Shown here piece after piece: positions 43,819 to 53,700 of a stretch of DNA of 62,820 bases. Numbering within the stretch: position 1 is the first letter of the stretch; every line of letters begins with the position of its first letter. The position numbers and the translations under genes were made by a program. Source of the stretch: an uncultured Clostridia bacterium (lineage in GTDB: Bacteria > Bacillota > Clostridia > Christensenellales > UBA1242). The notes under the pieces are model-generated. The model did not search any database and was not told the DNA's origin. It saw only the letters and a program-made list of their open reading frames with translations. The stretch spans positions 1 to 62,820 of the forward strand of contig CALVNN010000004.1 in assembly GCA_944349765.1 (NCBI GenBank), written 5' to 3'.

Positions 43819-45993
43819 ATGATAAACGTTGCCAATGTATTTTCGGGATTATTAGATTTGTTCAGACAATTAGGTAACTTTTTTGTCGAAAGAGTTGGTA
43901 GCACATATCAACCAAGTGCATTACTTTTCTTTATAGCTTTGGGTGCATTTGTTATATATGTTATTGTGACCATTATTCGTACTAGTTACTCTTATGAGTC
44001 AAGACTTATTAAGTCTATTGATCAGTTAAACTTGTATTTTTATAATCATCCTCAGATAACCGAGGAGAACCTCATAGAGTTTAACAATAAAATGAAACAA
44101 GTACCTAAAGCAGTTAGAGTACAATGGCAACTTTATATGTTAAATAGAGACAAGCCAGCTAGTGAATATTTGACACTTGAAAATTGTGTTGAAAGACCTA
44201 TGAAGACTACTACATATAAGCATAGCGTTAAGACGATAAATATCATATTTAATATATTTATCTTCTTCCTATTTATTGTGTCTTTTGCTGGACTAGTATT
44301 TTTGACTGGCGATAATCAGCTCGGTACAGTATTGTATTACTCATTAGTTATGCCATTTTTGATATTTGTTTTAAAATCAGTATTTATGATTTTCTTAAAT
44401 ATTAGATTTGATGCTACTGTAAGTGATTTATACAATAATTTCAATGTTTTTCAACGTGGATTAGATAAAGCTACAGCTACTTTACCTGCTTATATTGATT
44501 ATGAAGTATTGTTTACTAAGAAAGAAATCAAAGCATCTATTCCTATCTTACAAGATTATATTGAAAAACGTGAAAGGATGGAGAAAGAAGAGCTTGAAAG
44601 AGCTAAAGAAGCTCAAGTTGAGCACGAAAGATATGACTTTAGTTCTGTTGGGTTTGATGCATCCATACTTTTGGATCGTATTGCAAAAGAATGCGAGATT
44701 TATATCAATAATAAGAAGCGTTTAAGCTTTGAGGTCGGGCAAGTGGAAGAAGAGATTCGTATCTTGAACGCGACCTATGAAGAGAAAAATAAAGACAATT
44801 TAAAACAACAACAATTATGTCGTGAAAATCTTGAGAGATTAAGATTGAGCGCTGAAAATAGTACGAGTAGGGTTACTGCGAATACTATTAAGAAGCAACA
44901 AGAGACCGAACTTAAACGTCAAGAAGAGCTTGAGAGAGAATCTCGTAGTATGCAAGAAGAGTACGATAAGCATTTGGCTGAGCTAAATGATAAAGTAACT
45001 AACTTGCAAGATGATCAAGCAAATAAAAAGAAGAATATAGAGTTTGCTGTTATATCTGAATTCCGTACTTATGCTGACAAGATCTACAAAAAACTTGAAG
45101 ATGAAGCTAAGAAGAGTCAAGAAGAAGAATATAATAAGATTGTAAATGAGAAGAACGCTCTTGCAGAAGAGCTAAAGAGTGCTTATCTCATTGTTGATGA
45201 AAAAGACAGAAAGATTGAGGAACTTAATCAAGCTTTGAAAGATAAGGATATTGCTTTGCAATCAAAAGAGCAAGAGCTTATTATAAAGTCTGAAGCTATA
45301 GAGAGAATAACAGGTGAAATCAGTGAGAAAGCTCAAGAACTTATAGATACAAGAAAATCTACTAAGTCAAATCAAGCTAAGAAAGTAGAAGAGCCTGCGT
45401 ATGATGAAAATGGTGGGTATTATGATAGTGAAGGCTACTATAGATTTAAAGACGGTGGTTATTATACTCCAGATGGTAAGTACTATGATGCTCAAGGTAA
45501 TTATATCCCTACTGAAGAAGAAGCAGAAAAGAAAGAGGAAAATTTTGAGCCTGTATACGATGAAAATGGTGGATACTTTGACCAAGAGGGATATTATAGG
45601 TATAAAGACGGAAGCTACTATGACCCAGACGGTGTATTCTATGATGCAAATGGGAATAAAGTAGAACAAAATAAAGAACCAGAGCCTACTGAAGCTGAAA
45701 AAGAGAATGAAAAAGAAGAAAAACGTGTAAATGAGGCAAAGGCAAAATCTTCAACCTCAAAAGCTAAGTCAACAAAATCTTCGACCTCAAAAGCAAAGAC
45801 TACTAAAACATCTGGTAAGACGACTTCTTCAAAGTCAACAACTAAGAAGTCTACGACTAAATCATCTACTAAAAAGAAAAAAGATGAACTGGATGAACTT
45901 AATGACGAACTAGAAAAAGCTAACAAGGAATTGCTTGAAAATCACGAAGATTTAAAATCAACCATTGACTCAACTGGTGATATTATTAAGTAA
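43819..45993 (+). CDS. Hypothetical membrane-anchored coiled-coil protein with Tyr/Gly/Asp repeats and a basic Ser/Thr/Lys tail
   Basis: AAGGAG RBS, ATG at 43819. Three hydrophobic helices in the first ~200 aa. About 300 aa of heptad-like Glu/Lys-rich sequence. Two 52-aa repeats (YDENGGYYDSEGYYRFKDGGYY.PDG.YYDA.GN). KSSTSKAKSTKSSTSKAKTTKTSGKTTSSKSTTKKSTTKSSTKKKK tail. Confidence 0.65.
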   Translation: MINVANVFSGLLDLFRQLGNFFVERVGSTYQPSALLFFIALGAFVIYVIVTIIRTSYSYESRLIKSIDQLNLYFYNHPQITEENLIEFNNKMKQVPKAVRVQWQLYMLNRDKPASEYLTLENCVERPMKTTTYKHSVKTINIIFNIFIFFLFIVSFAGLVFLTGDNQLGTVLYYSLVMPFLIFVLKSVFMIFLNIRFDATVSDLYNNFNVFQRGLDKATATLPAYIDYEVLFTKKEIKASIPILQDYIEKRERMEKEELERAKEAQVEHERYDFSSVGFDASILLDRIAKECEIYINNKKRLSFEVGQVEEEIRILNATYEEKNKDNLKQQQLCRENLERLRLSAENSTSRVTANTIKKQQETELKRQEELERESRSMQEEYDKHLAELNDKVTNLQDDQANKKKNIEFAVISEFRTYADKIYKKLEDEAKKSQEEEYNKIVNEKNALAEELKSAYLIVDEKDRKIEELNQALKDKDIALQSKEQELIIKSEAIERITGEISEKAQELIDTRKSTKSNQAKKVEEPAYDENGGYYDSEGYYRFKDGGYYTPDGKYYDAQGNYIPTEEEAEKKEENFEPVYDENGGYFDQEGYYRYKDGSYYDPDGVFYDANGNKVEQNKEPEPTEAEKENEKEEKRVNEAKAKSSTSKAKSTKSSTSKAKTTKTSGKTTSSKSTTKKSTTKSSTKKKKDELDELNDELEKANKELLENHEDLKSTIDSTGDIIK
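45391..45663 (+). repeat. In-frame tandem duplication (period 156 nt) inside the coiled-coil protein gene
   Basis: GAGCCTGCGTATGATGAAAATGGTGG at 45391 recurs as GAGCCTGTATACGATGAAAATGGTGG at 45547. The encoded peptides are ~70% identical by eye. Confidence 0.85.
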
Positions 45994-45999
45994 GTTTTA

Positions 46000-46037
46000 A
46001 AAAAGTGAAATGTTTGAAAAGCCTTTCACTTTTTTAT
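46000..46037 (+). terminator. Intrinsic terminator
   Basis: Stem AGTGAAA(46004-10)/TTTCACT(46024-30), then a T-run. Confidence 0.6.
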
Positions 46038-46072
46038 TTTGGTAAATAAAGTAAAGTAGCAGTGCTATTTTG

Positions 46073-46101
46073 TTGACAAAAAAAACGCAAAATGATATAC
46101 T
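46073..46101 (+). promoter_or_regulatory. Sigma-A promoter of tyrS
   Basis: TTGACA(46073-78), 17-nt spacer, TATACT(46096-101). Only ~26 nt to the ATG. Confidence 0.65.
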
Positions 46102-46127
46102 AAAAACATTATTTTAGTGAGGTGAAT

Positions 46128-47495
46128 ATGGCAAAAATTGATAAGGATTGGACAATAGCTGAAGTAATAGAGTTTAATCCTGAATTGGAGAATGTTTTAA
46201 GAGGATTTGGGATGCATTGTTTTAGCTGTGCGATGGCGACAATGGAGACACTAGAAGAGGCTAGTTATGTGCATGATATAGATTTGGATTTTATGCTTGA
46301 AAAATTAAACAATTTTGGCGAACGCGATGAGATATCTGAATTTATAGAAAATATAAAAAATGTTTCTGATTCTATTTATAATGAGGAAGATTTTGAAAAA
46401 GCTTTACGCTCTGGCAAAAAACTTACAATAAAGCTAGGCGCTGACCCAAGTCGTCCTGACTTGCATTTGGGGCATTCCGTTGTGCTTAGACAATTGAAAA
46501 AATTTCAAGATTTAGGACATGAGGTCGTGTTTATAGTCGGTGATTTTACTGGAATGATTGGAGACCCTACAGGTAAGAGTAAAACTAGGCCTAGTCTAAC
46601 TATTGAACAAACTAGAGCTAGTGGTGATACCTATTATAAGCAAGTTACAAAAATTTTATCTCCAGATAAGACAAAAATTGTATACAACAGCGACTGGCTA
46701 GAGAAGATGAACTTTAAAGATGTTATTATGCTTGCTGGTAAATATACATTAGCTAGACTTTTGGAGCGTGACGATTTTAATAATAGATACAAAAATGGTT
46801 CGTCTATTAGTGTACATGAGTTATTATATCCATTGATTCAAGGCTACGATTCGGTACACCTAAATGCTGATCTTGAAATAGGTGGTACAGACCAAACCTT
46901 TAATATGCTTGTAGGTAGAGAATTACAAAAAGACTACGGGCAGACTCCACAGGTTGTTATTACATTCCCATTGCTTGTGGGGTTGGATGGCGTCAATAAA
47001 ATGAGTAAGTCATTAGACAACTATATAGGACTTGATGAACCTAGTGAAATTATGTATGAAAAATGTATGAAAATCCCTGATAATGTGCTAGAGCAGTATT
47101 TTAGATTGACTACTGACATGCCAGAAAGTGAGTATAAGAAGGCTATTTCTGATGATATTCGTGAAGCACATAGGATGTATGCTAGAGAAATAATAAAGAT
47201 GTATCAAGGCGAAGATAAGATAAAAGATGCTGAAACAAGATATAATGAGGTGGCTAGTGGTGCTATCCCTGATAATGTTCCTTGTGTGAAATCTAGCGAA
47301 CCAACTCTTACTGCTGTGAAGATGTTAATTGAGGCAGGATTTGCAAAATCTACATCTCAAGCAAGGCAATTAATAGACGGTAAAGGTGTAAAAATTAATA
47401 ACGAATTGGTTACTGATTACTATCAAGAATACGATATTTCCTCAGAGCCAGTTTTGATCAAAGGGAAAAATCATTTTGTAAAATTTGTATTATAA
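46128..47495 (+). CDS. tyrS: Tyrosine--tRNA ligase with N-terminal DUF1858 (CxxC redox-disulfide-like) domain
   Basis: Residues 1-63, W.I.EV....PEL..VL..FGMHCFSCAMATMETLEEA....ID.D.ML.KLN, fit DUF1858. Then a complete TyrRS: HLGH (HIGH), GDFTGMIGDPTGKS, GGTDQ.FN, KMSKS and a C-terminal S4-like domain. Confidence 0.9.
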   Translation: MAKIDKDWTIAEVIEFNPELENVLRGFGMHCFSCAMATMETLEEASYVHDIDLDFMLEKLNNFGERDEISEFIENIKNVSDSIYNEEDFEKALRSGKKLTIKLGADPSRPDLHLGHSVVLRQLKKFQDLGHEVVFIVGDFTGMIGDPTGKSKTRPSLTIEQTRASGDTYYKQVTKILSPDKTKIVYNSDWLEKMNFKDVIMLAGKYTLARLLERDDFNNRYKNGSSISVHELLYPLIQGYDSVHLNADLEIGGTDQTFNMLVGRELQKDYGQTPQVVITFPLLVGLDGVNKMSKSLDNYIGLDEPSEIMYEKCMKIPDNVLEQYFRLTTDMPESEYKKAISDDIREAHRMYAREIIKMYQGEDKIKDAETRYNEVASGAIPDNVPCVKSSEPTLTAVKMLIEAGFAKSTSQARQLIDGKGVKINNELVTDYYQEYDISSEPVLIKGKNHFVKFVL

Positions 47496-47496
47496 C

Positions 47497-47534
47497 AAAA
47501 AATCCTTAAGTTAGTAATGCTTAAGGTTTTTTTA
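47497..47534 (+). terminator. Intrinsic terminator after tyrS
   Basis: Stem CCTTAAG(47504-10)/CTTAAGG(47520-26) flanked by an A-run and a T-run. Confidence 0.75.
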
Positions 47535-47649
47535 TTAAAAATTAAAATATTTTTATGTTTTATTAAATACCTTTGTGTTTCAATTAAAATTTGTGTATTA
47601 ATATATATTTTCTTGCTTAAAATAATCTAGAGAATAGTGTATTTTTTAA

Positions 47650-47678
47650 TTGCTAAATGTCTTATTTTGTGATATTAT
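47650..47678 (+). promoter_or_regulatory. Sigma-A promoter (extended -10) of the giant gene
   Basis: TTGCTA(47650-55), 17-nt spacer, TGaTATTAT(47670-78). Confidence 0.5.
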
Positions 47679-47724
47679 GTAAGCATAGGAAATTATATTT
47701 TTTTAATTGTGTTTTGGAGGAATT

Positions 47725-50700
47725 ATGAAAGGCATCTACAAATGGATTTTATCTCTTTGTATAGTAACTATATTGGTATGTGGTATTTTTATAGCTACTG
47801 ACAGATTTAGTAATAATTTGAGTAGTATACGAGCTTTAATGATGGAAAATAGTGTTCCTTATGAGAATAACCTAAATGGCATTAATGTTTCTGCTCGAAA
47901 AGTAAAAAATAATGCAATTGATACCACGGTGGAAACTATTCAAAATGGTGGCTATGTCTTATTAAATACTAAGCAGACGGATTATTCAAGGCCAAAAGAT
48001 ATAGCTATATTTTCAATAGAAAGTGGTGACATAAATAAGAGGATAACTAGTATTGTTGCTAATGTTTATTTGAATGGACGAGCATTATCACTAGGCGATG
48101 CGATAAGTGAAGATGTCGATGATGCAGATAATATAACTCAGACGTTAAGCTTTAATATCACTGGCGATGCAAATTCTATCAAGTATTACAATTCTGAAGA
48201 ATATGTGACTAATTTTGAAGGCTTGTATGAATTTTATTTTTACTTAGGAATATCTACTTCAGGGCAATATGCTCAGTATCCAGCTACTGGTTGGTATAGT
48301 TATAGCTTTTATGTATTTGAAGAGAATAACTTCAATAAAACTGAGCAACTTCCTACTATAAGTAACGTTACCACAGGCGTAGATGTTGATGGCTATACTG
48401 CGTCAAGATTTTATAATTTCCAATATGAAGATGACAAACTGAATTTTCCTATGGTGTCTTTTGACCCTGAAAGATACCAAATGACAATTGAAAGAAGATA
48501 TAATAATGTAGCTACTACGTACAAAACTGTATTTACTTATACAAATGAGTTTTGGCAGACTCAGTCGTTACAAACCAATTATGGTATATTATCTTTTATA
48601 AATCAAGCTAATGGTGAGTTTATTTCATTTAAATTGACTAGAGATACGGGAATAAACAGCACTAATTTGTTCCATTTTGATGAATCTATTTATTACGATG
48701 ATAATGGTGCTTTGGCCGATGTTAATTCCTTGACTACTAATTATACCGAGCCACTTTTGTTTAAGTTAGGCACGTATACGATTACCTTTAAATATCAAGC
48801 GTTTATTGTTATAGATGGTGAGAGTAGTGGCTATTTTGCTGTGCAAGAGTCCAATGGTAATATGACATACGCATATGAGCAATTAAACATATTTGGTCAA
48901 ATGGCATATTACGCTGATAATAACGGTGATAGAAGTTTTAACGATTTTGTTAATAACAAGACGTCTATGCAAAATAACTATGAAAAGAATTTTGTGACTG
49001 ACTTTGAAGCGGTCAATGTAGGTGAGCAAAATGTAATCACCTATTTGCAATCACAATATACCGATTTTGTAAGTACCAATCAAGCACCAGTTTGGTTAGA
49101 ATATGTTGGGCAGGTGGATGATGCTTCTAAGTATTATTTCTCTTTAAATGGTAGGACTTGGGAGGAAAATAGCTATAGTAAAAACACTTACTTTTCAACC
49201 GCTGGATATTATATAGCAGTTATTCAGTATAAAAATGAATTTGTTACAGGCGAAACAAATTATATTCAAGTATTTACTTTTGCTTTGACTAATAAGACGC
49301 CAACTGTAGATATTTTGTCAATGGACGATGAGGGAGCTTACAGTGTTAGTCTTAAGAGTGAAGGCTTTAGTCGTACATCCGTTAAGGTTAGGGTAGCACA
49401 ACCTGGTATATTCGATAGCGTTGTAACAGCAAGCTATTATAGAAGTGCTGATTTTAGTGAAAATACAAAGAACTATACTTATTTTACACCAGAATTTATT
49501 GATCATGGTGTTACAACAAACCCAGATGAATATTTTGAATTTACTGAGGCTGGTAAATATTATGTTAAAGTAAATTACACTAATGATTCTTACAGTCTTT
49601 ATGTGTTTACTATAGATAAATCAGAATTGTCAGATTTTGTTGTAATAAGAGGCGTGTCACCATTTAATACTTCAAGTAGTGGCTTGGATATCCAATACAG
49701 AATGAATAGCAATTATTATACTGATTTATTATCAGTAAATCAGCCATTTACTGTCTATGTAGATGAAAAACCTAGTCACGCGACCATCACTGGTACTTTC
49801 TATACATACGATATAGTATATCAAGAGAACGTTAGTCAAACAGAAATTTATCATAATAATGACGGAACTATAAGTTTTAACTTTGTAGATTATGTGGCTA
49901 CTAACGCAAGTGCAAAACAAGCGTATTCAAATGTGCGTCTAAGCTCTGAAATATCAGAACTAGTAAGTGGAGCTTATGTATTTAATACCCAAAAGCTTTA
50001 TGTTTTTGAATTTACCGATTCTGCTGGCTATACATATATGCACCCAATACTTTTAGATTACTCAAATATTAATATTATTCAAACAGATGCTGATGATATA
50101 AAACAAGATGTAGATGAATTCAATATTGTAAGTAGTGAAACACATATGTACTGGGGCACTCATAAGAGCATAAGATTCCCTAATGAGTATATAACACCAA
50201 CTTCTGGTATGACCTCTGTACAGCAAGCTCAAATAGCTAGAAATCAAGAAACTAGAAATCAATTAAATACAGCCTTCCCAGATACCTTTACGACTATTTC
50301 GGGTAATTATCAAATGTTAATTGCTATTGATTCAGTAAAAGTCGAATCTCGCTCTTTGTCTGATGTGCCTACGACAGATAATTATGATGATATTACTACT
50401 CAATTATTTATCTATCCCGATACCGAAGAGTATGTTGGTGAAGAAAATAGATTTAAAGGCGAGAAGTATTACTATATTACGTTAACAGATGCAAGCGGGA
50501 ACATTACTGAGTACCAAATAGAAATGAATATGGACCGTTCGCGTGGTATGATGTTTACAACAGAAGATATTGCTAACTATCAAAATAGCGATTATAGATT
50601 AGCGCTAGAAAAAGCTGGTAGTTTGGGACAGTTAATATTCCAATGGCAAGATAGTGAAGAAAGTTTGTATGTTATTGATAGCGTCTCATATGAATTTTAT

Positions 50701-53700
50701 CCATTAATTTATGATACTTCATTGAGTACTTATCCTTATGATGATGTACCACTTGTGTCTAGAGTTATTTATCAAAAAGATTCCACAGAAAATGAATGCA
50801 CTCAATTAGAGGACAATATATATTATTCTGATATCCTCAATATGGTACCTGTAAATGTAGATGAGTGGGTACTCAATGAGAAAACTGGGGAATATGAAGT
50901 TCAGACAGTAACCAAACTTATAAGTCGTCCAGGTAAATACGTCATAACACGTACTTATGCTGGTGGAGATGAAGATGTATACGAACAGACTGGTGATAGT
51001 AAAGTCAAAACTTATACATTCTATTCCGATAATAACCCTATTATAGGGACTCCTGATTATACAAGTGAAGATGCCGAAAAAGACTTTGGCGAGGATATTA
51101 AGCTTTATTTAGGAGCTGAAGAAGTTGTATTTGATGAGTTTTACAGGGAACCTATATTGAGTCAATACTATGCAACATATGATGAGAATGGCCAATATCA
51201 AATAGAATACATAGATGTATCATTGATTACAAATTTATTACCAATTAAAATTAAAGTGCCTGAATCAAAATACAGCTTTGTTCAAGGTAACTCAGCTTAC
51301 GCAAGTACTGTACCAGATACTTTTGACTTGACTGTAAAAATAAGATATTATAATGATACTGAGTTTGTTGAAGAATATGTTTATAATACGGTTGATAGTA
51401 ACGGTTGGTTAATTATTGATAACTTATTTAAAGAAGGTATCTATGTATTAACTATTGAAGACAATGCCGTTCCACCTAACAATACAATTAGCCCTATTTT
51501 AGGACTAGGTGATACTGGTAAATATTTTGCCTTTAAGATACAACACACTGCACCTATAGGTTCTATATATACATCAAAGAACTATAATGATGCTCAAGAT
51601 ACTGCACATATGGTACGAAGTGTTGATGATGAAGGTAACTATGTGTATAGTTGGGTGACTTCAGATAATTCTGTCGATTATGATTCTATATTAATTGAAA
51701 GAAGACAAAAGACAGCTTCTGGTTCGTATAGTGAATTTACTAGTGATTTGATAGAAGGCTCAGATTACACTATTAGGAATACTCCTGTCGGTGTGGGCGG
51801 TAATCAAAGTCAATACTCTATCTATTTGCCAGCTTATGGTGTAGTGGATAATTCTATACTAACATATCAATATCAAATAACCTATTCTTTGTTAGGTGAT
51901 GAGAATGAAACCAAATATTCTTTCTTAACTCCTACAATGGATGATTTGGATTCATATACTGAGATGGCTCAATCCGTGTCTTCTACATCTAGAAATGTAA
52001 TTATGTTTGCGTTTAGTGATCCAAATGATGAGTATTACGCAAAAATTGATGATAGTGATGTTATTATAAGACGTGCTGTAAAGACTGAAAATGGTACATA
52101 TTCAGCTTTTGTGGAGCTTATTAATGGCGTTGATTATGTAGTGGAAAAACGTTGGAGTTCTCAAGACACCTTGTATTATACCATTGCTCTTGAGGCAGAT
52201 AATGAGGGTGGTGTAGGTAATGAATATATCTATCAAATTTACTACCACTATGTAGGTGACCGTTCTTACTATGTAGTGGAACAAGGAGAAAGTATTAAAG
52301 ATTTTTATGGGAATACACTTTCGCTTGTTATTGATAGGACTCCGCCTAGTTATAACTTAAGAAACATTGCTACTAGGACTGTAAATGTTACAGCTTTAGA
52401 AAATAATGCAATTACTGAGTATTATAAGACAACTTATTATCAAGCTGAAGACGGTGTTTATTACTATGCTAATACTGGATTGTTTGATTTTGCGATAGAT
52501 ACTACTTTTGAATTCACTAGACCAAGTGTAAGTAGTACATTACTCAGTCAAGATCACGAAGCAAGGAGTATTTACTTCAGAAAATATAGTAAATATGACC
52601 CTGACGCCTACAAAAATATAGCTGGTAGCTTAGATCTAAGTCAACGTGCCTTCCAGAGCTTAGTGCCTGGTGACCCAGAGTATTATTCTGGTACTACGTC
52701 TAGACTCAGATTTAATCCAGAAGATAGAGTAGGTGAATTACCTTTCTATGAAAACTGGCAAGAATTTGGCTATAACATAGGCTCATTCTACAATTATTTG
52801 GTTAATGACTTAGGAATTACTGATGTAAATGGATATTATGAGATAGTTGAAATAGACGAAGCCGGTAACTATACTATTTATACTGTCATTTTAAATACTC
52901 AAAATCCTACAATAACCGCACAAATAAGTAATACTACTGGTGAACAAGAAGTCGTTACTTTTGGTATAGATAATAATGAAGTGAATTCTATAGATACGTT
53001 AAATATATTATCTATAAATAGCGTAGATAAATGGTATACTATCACATTTAATTCTAACGTTTATAATATAACACCAGAAACAGATGTGGACTCTATCATA
53101 AGAACTATTAATGAATTCTTTACTAGTAACACATTCTATACTCTTACTATAAGTAATAGATTTGGTGAAGATGTGTTGATTAACATTCGTATAGGTAATG
53201 CTGATGTCAAGATTAATATAGCAAGTATAACTCAGGTTGGCTCGGAAAATAGGTATAGAGTGTTACTTGAGAATGATACCGATATTATAAAACTAAAATC
53301 TTTAACAGTTTATATATACGAAAATGGTAGATTTAATAAACTTGTAAACGAAATAGAAGAACCTGTAGACTCTTTTGGTAACCCGCTAATAGTAGAAGGG
53401 CTAAGTGATAGAGTATTTGAATTTGAAAGAGGCATTTACCGATTTGAATTTGAAGATAACTTTAGAAATGGACTTAATGCTTATAGTGTGGATGTGAATA
53501 TTGGTTTGTCAGGTAATTTTGAATTGACCTTTGTAAACGATTTTGTACGAAATGGTGATATGAGGTATACTTCAGGCGATGTGAATGTAAGTGCACCAAC
53601 CGATTTGTTTAATGTAGAAATAACTAAAGATGGCACAAGAGTTGATCTTACTAATTACATAATTGATAATATGCTTAATATAACTTTGACACCTGCTATA

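Noticed and set aside
45391-45800. Tandem DNA repeats (156-nt period at 45391/45547; ~30-nt period at 45745-45800) as a possible CRISPR or satellite array
   Set aside because: Both are in frame within a long ORF and translate into peptide repeats (YDENGGYY units; KSSTSKAK units). There are no spacer-repeat alternation and no cas genes.
46102-46127. Looked for a T-box or other leader upstream of tyrS
   Set aside because: Only ~26 nt separate the -10 box from the ATG. There is no room for any riboswitch or T-box.
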